A stretch of DNA of 63,129 nucleotides, counting the filler, from Guillardia theta CCMP2712 (lineage: Eukaryota; Protista; Cryptophyta), in NCBI RefSeq assembly GCF_000315625.1. It is 6 parts of 6 records of this genome, joined end to end, with 100 filler letters (N's around TTAATTAATTAA, not from the genome) between each part and the next. Parts side by side here need not be neighbours in the genome. Positions count along the whole stretch, not along the records: positions 1 to 14,493 come from NW_005434607.1; 5 more parts are not named here. The stretch is one strand, 5' to 3'. Under the pieces are notes generated by a model. It saw nothing but the letters and a program-made list of their open reading frames with translations, was not told the origin of the DNA and made no database searches. Made by a program: the position numbers and the translations under genes. Below are positions 1 through 11,547 of this stretch, piece by piece (the first letter of the stretch is position 1; each line of letters opens with the position of its first letter).

Positions 1-449
1 CACCGAGCAAAGACGTCGCATGGGGCGGATCAGAGGCCATAGGGAAATTTCCTTTCCCTTCCACTAAGGGTTCTTGTGTTGTCAGAGTTCAAATTATACA
101 TATTAAATTTATAAAATACAGATTAGTTTGGAGATAAATATCACATTTCTTCGATAACAAACCCCATCGCGAAAATATTGGTACAACACACGCTTCATTT
201 TCAGACGGATCTTCACATTTTTAATTAGTATTCTGTGAAGTTTCAAATATTAGGCAAACATTCATAATCGCTCTAAGAATTCTTTTTTCAGCCCCACGAG
301 ATTCCGAGCCATCACCGGCCATCCCAGTCCACACAAACTTTGGCCTCTATAGGTACGCATCTGCTCTTCTAGTACGCATGGGCCGACTGAGCCGGGCCCG
401 CCCCAGGCAGTGCTCTGCGGCTCCCAGCGGCGAGGTGAGAGCCTGTCAG

Positions 450-1286
450 TCACTGAGGAGGTACCTTCAAGTGTTTCTGCTTCTCTGCCTTGCTATGATA
501 CTGCTTTCCCTTTTCCCTTGAAGAGAGCAGTTCAGCTCTGTTCTTTGTTTTCCTTGGGGAGATGCTTTTTGTCCGCGGCTTTTTCTGCTTTGCCAAAGGA
601 AAGATATGATTAACGAGGTAGTAGGGGAAGGCAGAGGAGGGAGAGAGGGAGGGAGGGAGGGAGGGAGGGAGAACAAGGCAGCAAGTATTTTTCACCTTCT
701 TCTTCTCCCGCAGCTCGTCCTTTCGCTCTGCCTCCTTCGAAGGAGGAGCACTACTTGAGCGGGGAGGGCTTGTCTCTGCATGAACTCCGGCCTGTGCGAC
801 TCCAGCAACAACTTCAGCGCCGTCCTGCCGCTCAGGAGTGCAGCGAGTCTTGTGACTCAGTTGCTTCACGCTCCTCACACGACTCGCTCTCCTCTCCAGC
901 GAACGGATAGCCGCATTCCACCGCAACTTCCATGGTGAAATCGGAGAGCTCTCGTTTGCATTCTGCGCCTCTCCTTCCTCCTCCTCCTCCTCCTGCTTCT
1001 GCTCCACCCGCACGCTCAGCCTGACTGCTCGACGGCTCACTTCCTCCTTTCTCCCTCCGTTCGCATTCTCGTCGCGTCTGTCCTCGCCTACCTCGCCCAT
1101 TGCCTTGCGCCAGGGCCTTTCCCCCTCGACCCATCTGTCGTTGGCTTCCTTGGTAGACGGGAGGAGGAGCGAGGAGGGCGGGGAGAAGAGAGAGTCAGGG
1201 AGGAGGAAGGGCTGAGAGAGCGACGAGGAGGCGCTTGTCAGCATCGCCGCCTTGACGGGGTCAGCGGAGATCCCGTACTTAGGCAT
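450..1286 (-). CDS. hypothetical protein, probably spliced
   Basis: 278-aa ORF with an ATG start, low-complexity S/E-rich sequence and no recognisable domain. Confidence 0.25.
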   Translation of the reverse strand: MPKYGISADPVKAAMLTSASSSLSQPFLLPDSLFSPPSSLLLPSTKEANDRWVEGERPWRKAMGEVGEDRRDENANGGRKEEVSRRAVRLSVRVEQKQEEEEEEGEAQNANESSPISPWKLRWNAAIRSLERRASRVRSVKQLSHKTRCTPERQDGAEVVAGVAQAGVHAETSPPRSSSAPPSKEAERKDELREKKKVKNTCCLVLPPSLPPSLSPSSAFPYYLVNHIFPLAKQKKPRTKSISPRKTKNRAELLSSREKGKQYHSKAEKQKHLKVPPQ

Positions 1287-1481
1287 AGCGACGATGGCGT
1301 AACGGCAATGTCAATTTTGATTACCAACGGTGCAACTGTCCGTTGAATGATGATCTCAGTCACTGGGTCAGTGAACCGGGCCGGGGCTTCGGCCCGGCGC
1401 CGGGCCTGACCACGCGGCGTCAGTCTCAGTGGGCGAGTCTGACTCGCCGACTGGTGGCAGTCCGATGGAGCGGCGGCTGTT

Positions 1482-1722
1482 GTACCAACCGCTTGATGTC
1501 TTCGTACCAACCACTTGATGTCTTCAGAGTCGTACCAACCACTTGGTTCAGTGCCGTGATGTCTTCGTACCAACCGCTTGATGTCTTCGTACCAACCGCT
1601 TGATATCTTCGTACCAACCGCTTGATATCTTCGTACCAACCGCTTGATGTCTTCGTACCAACCGCTTGATGTCTTCGTACCAACCGCTTGATGTCTTCGT
1701 ACCAACCACTTGATGTCTTCGT
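1482..1722. repeat. 22-bp tandem minisatellite (GTCTTCGTACCAACCGCTTGAT)
   Basis: Regular units start at 1561, 1583, 1605, 1627, 1649, 1671 and 1693. Further units to the left include one interrupted by short insertions. Confidence 0.95.
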
Positions 1723-1789
1723 GCAACCCGATGACATCCTTGTCTCTTTTTTGGTACGTTTTAGGGGAGAGGAGAGTAGGGGAGGCGAG

Positions 1790-2200
1790 GCGAGGCCATC
1801 TTTCTCGCTTTTCCCAGTCTTCCTCCTCTCCCCTTGTCAAGCTCTCCTCATACTCAAACAGGACCCTCAGCTTCGACTCTGCTGTCTCCAACTCCTCCTC
1901 CCCGATCCGCAGTTCCCAGCTCTTCTTCTCCAGCACGGCATACATGTTCGTCCCTTCCTGGTACCGCTCGACGTCCTCGAAGTGCATCAAGCCGTCAGAC
2001 AGGAACAGCCTCGTCCTCCGAAGGCTTTGTGGGATGTGCTCCGTCACTGCCTCCCTCCTCAACGCCATCCTGTACTTCCACTGCTCTTCACATCGCAACC
2101 CGACCGCCAGGAGCAGTCGAGAGGGGGCCGAGGAGGTCGACCATGCGCGAGAGGCGGCAAGACGCAGGAGGCACTTGTGAAGAATACTCCCCCACTTCTG
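1790..2200 (-). CDS. hypothetical coding exon (may belong to the LRR gene or a separate gene)
   Basis: Protein-like segment of ORF 1238..2332 (KWGSILHKCLL...EDWEKRERW) between low-complexity tracts. Confidence 0.3.
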
Positions 2201-2745
2201 GCGACGCATCCTGGTCCTGCTCCTGGTGCAGCTGCTTTTGTTTCTGCTCCTAATGCTCCTCCTGCACATGCTCCTGCTTCCATTCCTCATGCTGATCTTG
2301 CTCTTTGCTCTGCTGCTAATGAACTCCTTCATGCTCCTGCTCCTTTTTCTGATTCTTCTGCGCCTCCTCCTCCCCCTCTTCCTTCTCCTCTCCCTCTCCC
2401 TCTCCCTCTCCCTCCTGTGTGAGCAGTAGCTGCAGGTGCCTCTCAGTCAACTCTGTAAGTCCTTCAGGCTTGTGCTGCCACGTGCTCCTTCCCTCGTCCT
2501 GGTCCTCGACCTGTATACCGTCTCTACGTTTTCGTTGCCGGATCAAACATTGATGCTGCCATTTTGTTTCTTACAGGCTTGCAATCCTACCTACTACTGC
2601 TGCCGTGGTAGTTCTCCGATTGAGTGCATTGAATCAAGACGAACTCCATTACAACAACAGGAGTGGGGACTCCCAGCAGAGAGGTCCGACCTCCAGGTTC
2701 TCTTTCCTGCCTCTTCCTCTTCTCGTCCTCCCAACATCCCTCCTC

Positions 2746-4062
2746 TCATATCATATCGCAGTAGGCCGAGCAGCTCTCGTCCATTCTCAGTTTGTATCCT
2801 GCCTTGCAGTCCCAAGGACAGAAGTCACGATCGTACGGATACCCTGACCCCACGTACACCGTCTCCCCTGCCATCTTGTTCGTACACTCCCTGCACTCCC
2901 CATCCCTCGTGCTGTTGCAGGCCTGTCGGTACTGCCCCACGTCGCAGGGGCTGGTGGAGCAGGCGGAGCAGCTCGCCGTGCCCGGGGAAGACTTGAAGGA
3001 GGCAGGGGGACAAGGCTGGCAGGTGTAGAGTCCGAGAGAGAGCTGAGGGAAGAAGCCAGCAGGGCACGAGCAGAGCAGAGCGTCTCCGGCTTGGCTGCAG
3101 TAGGCTGAGGACTGAGCGGAGGACAAGCAGAGGCTGGTGTTGTCAGAGCACTGCTGGAGGCCGGCATCATAGGATACGGAGTCAGGCCAGGAGGGATGCA
3201 CACAGAGGCTGGCGTTGTTGTTTGTGATGTCGATGGATACACCTGCAGGCAGAGAGTCGAAGGCGGCAGCATCGATGCAGTAGATGTTGTTGTAGGAGAG
3301 GACCACGATCAAAGTGGAGCTGGGTACTTGGAGGTGCCCGAATGTTTTATCAGAGATCAAAGTGAGCTGGTTGTAGCGCAAGTCAACAGCATCCAGCATA
3401 GGCATGTTGTCAAAGAATCCTATCGGGATGCTAGTGATCTGATTATGACTGAGAATCAATTCTACAAGTCCGGGAAGACCGCTAATACTTCCTGGGATAC
3501 TTGACAGCTGATTGTAGCTCAGTTCCAGGAAGAAGAGGTTTGTCAATTTGGTGGAGGCTCCATCCGGGAAGCTTGTAAGCTGGTTGTTGTTGACAAGAAG
3601 AAATTTCAATTCTTTGAGCTCGTTGATGTCTGTTGGCAAAGTTGACAGTTGGTTGTAGCTGATACTGAGATATTGAATCCCTGACACATTCGTGAAGATA
3701 CCCAAGGGAATGGAAGTCAACTTGTTGTGGCTGAGAAAGAGCGTCGTCAGGCTGACAAGGCTGCCAATCTCTAATGGCAGACTCGATAGCTCGTTATTGT
3801 CAATCGCAAGAGTATTGACTCTGGTCATGTTGGTGAAAGCTCCTCTTGCGATGCTTCTGATCCCCATATTGCTCAAGCTAAGGTCTCTACACAAGACACC
3901 ACAGGCTCCTTCCGACGTTCGCTCCAGAACTCCATCAGTCACGTTGAAAGTACAATCTCCGCATCTAGCCGCCTCAGCTTCGACTCGCTGCTGGAACAGA
4001 CTCCAGCTGACCACAAGCAGCAGCAGCGCCTGCATGCTCGACCTGCTCGACCGAAGCCGCAT
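2746..4062 (-). CDS. secreted/surface leucine-rich repeat protein with C-terminal TNFR-like Cys-rich repeats
   Basis: ATG at 4062 (or 4035), hydrophobic signal peptide ALLLLVVSWSLF and about 8 LRRs (LxLSHNKLTSIP, LSISYNQLSTLP, LELSYNQLSSIP). These are followed by CPAGFF..CQPCPPASFK..CSACS..CDVGQYRQACN..CRECT..CPWDCKAGY. The 3' end is probably spliced further. Confidence 0.85.
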   Translation of the reverse strand: MRLRSSRSSMQALLLLVVSWSLFQQRVEAEAARCGDCTFNVTDGVLERTSEGACGVLCRDLSLSNMGIRSIARGAFTNMTRVNTLAIDNNELSSLPLEIGSLVSLTTLFLSHNKLTSIPLGIFTNVSGIQYLSISYNQLSTLPTDINELKELKFLLVNNNQLTSFPDGASTKLTNLFFLELSYNQLSSIPGSISGLPGLVELILSHNQITSIPIGFFDNMPMLDAVDLRYNQLTLISDKTFGHLQVPSSTLIVVLSYNNIYCIDAAAFDSLPAGVSIDITNNNASLCVHPSWPDSVSYDAGLQQCSDNTSLCLSSAQSSAYCSQAGDALLCSCPAGFFPQLSLGLYTCQPCPPASFKSSPGTASCSACSTSPCDVGQYRQACNSTRDGECRECTNKMAGETVYVGSGYPYDRDFCPWDCKAGYKLRMDESCSAYCDMI

Positions 4063-4449
4063 CGAGAGCAATTTACGACGTTTGGAAAAAAAGAAGCAGT
4101 CAAAGGAGACCCTCGGCCTGACCCTCGGCCCTCCCTCTCTCCCTGCGGGGTAGGAGTCGGGGGAGCATCGGTCGCAGACGGCGAAGGAAGGGAAGCTGGA
4201 GGCGTCGGTCTTGATGACGTGGCCTACCGGACACACTGACGGCCGAGGCTGAGCCTCTAGGACGTTGGACTTGATCTCCTTGCCCGACGAGAAATCCGCC
4301 CCGTACGCCGGCCTCCAGCCCCACCAGCCCCTAGAGGAGCAAGAGGTGATCATGATGACGACGAGGATGAACATGATGGAGATGTAAATGAAGAAGCGCA
4401 TGGTGGCGGTTTGGACGAGGATGATGACGAGGATGATGACGAGGATGAT

Positions 4450-4481
<32 letters not shown>

Positions 4482-4747
4482 TGGTGATGATGACGATGAC
4501 GAAGAGGAGGAAGCAAGAGTAATGATGATAACGACGAGGATGAGACGGTGATGATGGTGATGATGATGACGACGAGGACGACGATGAGTTGTAGAGCAAA
4601 CTCTCGCAGTGGACGTTGCAAGACAAGTCAAGGTACAGTACTTTGATGATCTCGGAAAATGAATGAAGTCCAAAGAACAGAAGAAAAAAAGAGGAACAGA
4701 GGAGGAAAAAAAAAGAAGAAGGAAAAACATCTAGGAGCACAACAACA

Positions 4748-7700
4748 TCAAGGCCATTCGAAGTGTACGACGATGACGGTCAAGTCATCCGTTGGCTTTG
4801 TACATTTCACACCATACTTCTTGATGACAGCCTGCGCACCGAGCGTGAGGAGGGAGGGAAGACGAGGCGGCGGAGCGCGAGACTGGGGACGGAGGAAAGT
4901 CGAAGGAGGAGAAGGAGGGGGCGGGGGATTGGAGAGAATGATCAGGGGAAAGGTGAAGAGTCCATGGCGAGAAGATCAAAAATCGTAGAGACACGAGGGG
5001 GAAGAGCGGAGGAGGGGGAGGAGGAGGGGGAGGATGGAGGAGGGAACAGAGAGTAGAGAGGGGAGGAGGGAGGAGGGAGTAGAGAGGGGAGGAGGGAGGA
5101 GGGAGGAAGAGGAGGGCCGAGGGGGAGGAGGGGAGGAGGAGGGCGGAAAGAGGAGGAGGGCGGAAAGAGGAGGAGGGCGGAAAGAGGAGGAGGGGGAGGA
5201 GGGCCGAGGGAGGAGGAGGGAGAGGGGAGGGAGGACGGAGGAGGAGGAGAGAGGAGGAGGAGGAGAGAGGAGGAGGAGGAGAGAGGAGGAGAGAGGAGGA
5301 GAGGAGGTCGTGGGAGAGGAGTACCTGNNNNNNNNNNNNNNNNNNNNNNNNNNNNNNNNNNNNNNNNNNNNNNNNNNNNNNNNNNNNNNNNNNNNNNNNN
5401 NNNNNNNNNNNNNNNNNNNNNNNNNNNGGAGAGAATGAGAAGGAAGAGGAGGGGAAGAGGAGGAGAAGGAAGAGAGGGAGAGGAGGAGGGAGAGAGAGGG
5501 AGAGGAGGAGGGAGAGAGAGGGAGAGGAGGAGGGAGAGAGAGGGAGAGGAGGAGGGAGAGGAGGAGACGGAGGTCGAGGGAGAGGAGGAAGAGAAGGAGC
5601 ATGAGGAAACAACAAGCGGACCTGCTGAGTTTCAGATCATCCCAGAGTCCATCAGAAGCAAGGATGATACACTCATCCTCCCCCTGTGCGTCTTCAGTCA
5701 GCAACGGCAGCAAGACCATCGGGCAGAAACCATGCAAGACTACCAAGTTCTCTCCCCCATCTCTCACCTCCCCCCCCCTCCGTCCCTTTCCCTCTCCCTG
5801 AACCCTTCCATTCCCTTCGCTCCCTTCGTCTCCTCTTCCTCCCTCTCCCTACCTCCCAACCCCCTTTCTCACCTTCTGGAGCGAATGTTTGGTGACCTCA
5901 GGAACGGCTATGACCGCGCCCGGGCACTTCCCCTTAGTCTTGCTGTCCCCGAAGGCCCTGGAGGGGATCAAGTCTCCCATCGCCCTCTTGTCCTCCACCT
6001 TCCCTCCACACCCTTCAATCCTCTGCCTCTCACTCGCCACCACAGCCCGGTGGTCCGTGGTCAGCCTCACGGCACTCAAGGCCCCGTTCTCGCGCTTTCC
6101 CAGCACTATCCGGCAGTCGCCCAGGTTGGCGACGTAGAGGCAGATATCCCCGTCGTTGTCGCACAGCATGCAGCACGTCGCGCACGACCCGCTCTTGTCT
6201 CCCTTCTCGTTGAGCTCCAGAGCCTCCTTCTCCGTCCTGGCGAAACCCTCCTCCAGGCACTTGATCAGCTCCTCCCTCGCCTCCCTGCCCCTCAGCTCCA
6301 CATTCTCCCTCATCTTCTCAGTTAGTGCGTCCGCCACGTGCGCCGCCAGCACCTTCTGCGCGAGCCCCGAGACCCCAGCCCCCCCATGCCCATCGAAGAC
6401 AGCGAAGAAGGGCATCGTGGAGAGGGTCGAGCTCTCCAGCAGCCTCTCCCTGAACTCAGACGGGATCAGGTCAAGGAACTCGAGCACTGCGAACTGATCT
6501 TCGTTGGCGTGACTCTGACCTCGCCTTGAGTGGTACCCCACCTTGATCTGAAGCGCCTCCTTGGTGTTGTTGGAGACCGAGAACTCCATGTTGTTCTCCA
6601 CCGTCTCGAGCTCCTCCTGCATCTTCAGAACCGCATCGAGGCCGATCATGGGCTTCGACTCGCCTCCTCGCTCCTCGTCGCTATCACTCAGCTCTTGGTT
6701 GTCCTCCTCCTTGCTTTGAGACGCTCCCTCTGAAGGCTGTGCAGGCGCCGCTTTCGCTACCTTCTTCTTCTTCTTCTTGGAGTTGGAAGCACTGTCCGCT
6801 TTCTTTCCAGGACTGTTTCCCGCGTCAGCCTCTGCCTCCTCCTCTTCGGCTTCATTGTGCTCCTCGTCGTCGTCCAAAAACGCGTACACGTTCTGAGCGA
6901 TCTTTGCCTTGAGCTTCTTCTCGTTCTCGGTCTTCTTCGCTGCCCTCTCCTTCTTTTCCAGCCACTTCCTCTCATCGTCCTTCTTCCGACTCTCCTCCGA
7001 CTCCTCAGCTGGAGCAGAGCTCGATTTTGACTCCGTCTCCTGCACCTTCGCCTCCTGCTTCTTCTTCTGCTCCTCCAAGGCTTTCTTCTTCTTCTCTTCC
7101 TCCTGCTGCTTCATCCGAGCCGCTTCCTCATACTTCGCCTCGTCACACTGATCGATAATGTCCTTGATCATCCTCGACGCCTGCAGCACAGTTTTCCTCT
7201 TCCCCTCGATCACAACTTGCTTCTTCCCCTCCTGCGTGTAGACGGAATCCAGAGAGATCTTCGCTCCTGACCTGTGCTGCAGCTGCTTCAGCATCATACC
7301 CTTCTTGCCGATGATCATCGCTGCCGTTGCGATCGAGACAAGAAACTCAACCCTGGGATGCTCCTCCTCGCCTGAAAGGATCACGCCGGGGATTTCGATC
7401 CCCTTCAGCTCATCCAGAACGCTGGACGCAGGAGCAGCTTGCTCATGCTTCTGACCCTGGTTCTGCGCCTTCTGGGCCTCTTTGGTGACTACCGGGGCGA
7501 TTCTCTCTTGGATCTTCGACGCCAGGTGGTGGAGCTTCGCCCCAGGGCCCCCGCCCTGTTCATCTTGAGCGTTCTTAAGCCACGTCAGCATCAGGTCGAT
7601 CACGAGATCCCTTGCGAGCTTCACTTGCGACTTCTTCCCCTGGATCGCAAGGACCTTCTTCGTCTCGTCCTCCGGGTTCACGTCCTGAACCAGAGCGACC

Positions 7701-10248
7701 GTCGCTCCTGTACGATGGTGGATGTTCTTGATGGTCTTCCCTTGCTTGCCCACGATCATCCCAGCTGCCGTCACTGGGATCTGCATCTCAATGCGAATGA
7801 GCTTATCCGCCTCCCTCTGGTCCTCAAGAAACTCCTGAATGGTTCCTGGCCTCAGCTGGGCTTGTGGGGGACGGCCCTGCGCCTTCTCGTTCGCCTGCTG
7901 CTGGTTCTGTTGCTGGGCTTGCTGCTGGTTCTGTTTCTGCTTGCTGTATTGGGAGAGCAGGTAGTCTTTCCAGTGCTCTGCATCCTTGTCTTTCCATGCC
8001 TCCTCGTTCTGCGACCAGAGGGTGAGAGTCTCGATCAGCATATGAACAGCCCGCTCAACAGCGGCTGCTCCCCCGTCGATCTGAACGATCTTGACCTCCT
8101 CGGAGGTGTTCTCTGCCTTGAGCTGCACACGAGCGCCAGTGTCCGCCTTGAACTTCTTCAACATCGCGGCTCTCTTGCCAACAATCATCCCAGCAGCCCC
8201 TGCAGGGACAGAAAGCTCCACAGCCGTCGTCATCTTGGACTTCCCTTGGCCTTGTGCCTCACGCTGATACGTAAGGGAGATCGAAAAGTCAGTCAACGGG
8301 CTCTCAGCTCTCCGCAACTTCGCAGCACCTTCCCCTGTTGACGTTGATTGTTCTGGTCAACTCCTGTCTGATGAACTCCCTCTGCAACAAGTTTCAGGTC
8401 AACGGATCGGAAGTGTAAGCAAGACCACTCTGAGAATCCTGCAAGCAAAGATCAGCCGATTGTTGTAAGGAGCAAGCAACTGGTCTACCTGCGGAACATG
8501 GCCACCATTATTTCGCTTCGAACCTGCCAACATTTCTTCACAAGAGTCTTCGAGAAATATCAAGAAGGTGAACCTTCATTGCGCTGCTGCAAAACAAAGT
8601 AGAAGGAATCAGCGAGATGCTCGAATGAAATGTAAAAGAGGCAAAGAAGTAACTCACCGGTTGATGGTTGCCTTGGGCTTCTTCACTCGATTGTGCCATA
8701 GATGACGCTTGGTTTGCAGGCGGCTGTTGCTGTTGCTGCTGCTGCTGCTGTGGTTGCTGCTGTGGTTGCTGCTGCTGTGGTTGCTGCTGCTGTGGTTGCT
8801 GCTGTTGCTGCTGCTGTGGTTGCTGCTGGTGATACACGTAGGGCATGTTCTGCAAGGAGTCAAGGAGGTGTGCGAGAAACAATCGCATACCGGCTGCTGC
8901 GCTGGTGCCATGTAGTTCATGGGAGGATGAGCAACATTGGGCACCGCGCCTCCCATCGGCATCATCTGCAAATGGCAAGATCTTTGAGGGTTTCATACCA
9001 CCAGAGCCTCTAGATTTACCTGTTGCTGCCCGCCATAGCCCGAAACGGCCACGTTTGGACCTGCAGGAACTCCATACTGGTCCACTGGCACGTTGGCTTG
9101 CTGCGTAGAGGGTCACTAGCAATGTAGGATGACGAGGAAGAGTAGGTGGAGGAGCAGGAGGAGGAGCAAGAGTAGATAGAGGAGCAGGAGTAGGTGGTGG
9201 TGGTGAAGGAAAACAAGTACGCTACCTGGAAATGAACTTGCTGTACATGTTGAGCATACTGATCGAAGGTGAACTGTAGTCGGTGGAGGAGCTGAAAAAG
9301 GGAGAGGAATCAGGGGAAAGAGACGAAGAGAAAAGGGTGATGCAGCCCACTGACCTGCTGGAGCATTTGATACGCACCCTGCACTTGTGAAAAACGTCCG
9401 TAAATTACAATCTTGGTTAGCTGCGCACAGCTGTCAATCCATAAGATCCAGGTGGTCGATTGACAGACCTGAAGGCTGGGATCAGGCTGTTGAGCAGCAT
9501 ACGCAACTTTAGCCTTGGTGATGAGCTTTCAACATGTCGATTAGAGGAAGTCGCCCACAAACAGCGAGAGCAAAACCTCTACAGAAGCGATATGCTGGCC
9601 ATGATTGCTTGTCAAGACTGACATGTATGCGTTCGGCACGTCCATTTCTTGATGTACTTCTTCATCAGGGTCGCATTCGAAGTGATTTTGGTTTGACTTG
9701 GCGTCTTGGCTCTGGTGCTGAAGCAACAATCATGTCACGTCTCAACCCGACTCTGACTGACATAAAACAGCAAAAGCTCTCACCTGCCCCTGTCCTTGCG
9801 CCCTCTGACGGTCTTCTACCCCGTCATGATGCGAATTCTGCGCATTTTGCCTGGAGCCACCCCTCTTGGACTTCGGGTGATGATTCCCCTGCTCCTTGAC
9901 ATTGTTTTGTTGATTCGGCGTAGAGTTCTCTGTTTGGCTGGTCAAAATCTCTTGCACTCTGTCACGAGTTGCCTGCGGGAGCAGTTGAATGTTTTCTTCC
10001 TGTCCTTCGACGGAGCACCACGAGCACAAGACCTCGTACACAAGCTCCTCTGCCTTGGCTACCTCTGCATTGGACCCTTTGATGACGAGTCGCTTCAGCC
10101 CTGGATTCGAGGGGAGGGGTTCCGGCGACAGGTGGACATACGCCTTGGACCGAGCCTTGATCGAGTTGATCTTGGCTCCCTTCTTCCCCACGATCAAGCC
10201 AGTGACTTGTAGAGGCAGATCTATGTTCTGAACATTTGGCTGTGACAT
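4748..10248 (-). CDS. multi-exon KH-domain RNA-binding protein fused to a PP2C (PPM) phosphatase
   Basis: KH motifs GLIVGKKG (10.2 kb), a degenerate KH (VLTSNHGQHI...IVIYG, 9.35-9.65 kb), GMIVGKRA, GMIVGKQG and AMIIGKKG, with polyQ at 8.7-8.8 kb. PP2C motifs NEDQF, FAVFDGHGG, SGSCA, LYVANLGDCR, LTTDH and SRAFGD; exon 5620-5685 gives IILASDGLWD and exon 4748-4831 gives DDLTVIVVHF-stop. The 3xKH-PP2C fusion lies within one ORF (5849..8317); joining the 8.3-10.2 kb exons is inferred from GT-AG sites. Confidence 0.85.
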
Positions 10249-10430
10249 TGCGTATATGGGCAAAAACTTTCGGGTTTGTGCTAGCGTATGGATATGTGAG
10301 TCTTTCAAAAAATCATACGAGGTTGACCCTTGAGCGTTTGCGCTGTGAGTGCAAGCCCAGAACACCAGCACAAAGAACTCAAGAAGAATCCCGAGCCCGA
10401 GGTACCAGTATCTAGTGATCTAGATCAACA

Positions 10431-10868
10431 ATGTCAGCTCAACCAACGCAAAAAAATCCGTCAGAGGCGACTGAAACATCCGAAAACCCTTCGGTAGCGT
10501 CATCACATGAACCTGACGATTCTATGACCTGCCATGCATCTTCGGCTGAAGCTTTCAACGGCATCTCTCTCACACTCTTGTTACGAATGTGCCCTGACTG
10601 TGCTGACTCTGAAGTCTTCCAACTTAGGTGGTACAATCTGCCCTATTCTTGCATCTACGAAAGAACAGTTTCTGAATCGCGTACACACAGCATCACATAT
10701 CCATGCAAAGCGCTCGTGCACGATGCTCCTCGCAACGAGCACGGAAGCATCATCATCTCCAGCGCACGATCTGTCCAGAGCCCCTGGGCAGATCTCTGGT
10801 TTTCAAACTTCGAAAAGTCTTCAAAGCCTGCCATACTTTCTTGGAGAATCTTTCAATCCTATCTCTGA
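10431..10868 (+). CDS. small hypothetical protein divergent from the KH gene
   Basis: 145-aa ATG ORF about 180 bp from the KH gene start; no domain recognised. Confidence 0.25.
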   Translation: MSAQPTQKNPSEATETSENPSVASSHEPDDSMTCHASSAEAFNGISLTLLLRMCPDCADSEVFQLRWYNLPYSCIYERTVSESRTHSITYPCKALVHDAPRNEHGSIIISSARSVQSPWADLWFSNFEKSSKPAILSWRIFQSYL

Positions 10869-11547
10869 CAAACATCCGTCTTAAACACATGCAAGGTCAT
10901 CATGTCTCCGAACGGAGCTACCAGACTCGTTCTCTCCTCCTCCTCCTCCTCCTCCTCTCCCTCCTCTCCCTCCCTCTCCCGCTGCTTTCGCGTCGCTCTA
11001 AATGACGCCATGCTCCACGCGCAGCCGCGGGAACCCCACGGGTTTTTTTCTACTACCCTACCCCTTATGCCTCCCACAATGACCCCCAGATATACAGTGG
11101 GTGTTGACCTCATTGAACCCATCCCCTGCATCGTAATGGATGGTTGACCCAAATATAACTAAAGTTTCCAGTACTATTCAGTACCCCTACCCCTTTTTGG
11201 AAAGTAGAAATGACCCCTTCTTGTACCACCCGTCCAGACAAAAACAAAAATACCCCTGCGAAAGTGCGTAAAAGGACGGTATGAGTCATCCCACCAAATT
11301 AGGGCAGCAATATCAGATTAGGTAAGATATACTAATGAAAATTTACTGCCTTTGTTGCTTGGATATGTTGGGATAGCAGCAGACAAATCCAGGCAAAGCT
11401 GCGTTTTGAGGAATGGCGGGGACGTGGGGAGTATGTTGGAATGCGCCGAGAGCCTATGGAAGAGGAGGAGGAGATGGAGTACGACACGGAGTATATGGTG
11501 AGGTAGGTAGATAGCCCTGCTGCTTCGTACATCGTCTCACAAGAAGT

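Noticed and set aside
4785-5615. Long S/P/L- or R/E/G-rich ORFs (also 29000-29300, 33843-34388, 46371-47065, 59469-59990)
   Set aside because: Translations of intronic or intergenic polypurine/polypyrimidine and microsatellite tracts, several spanning N-gaps
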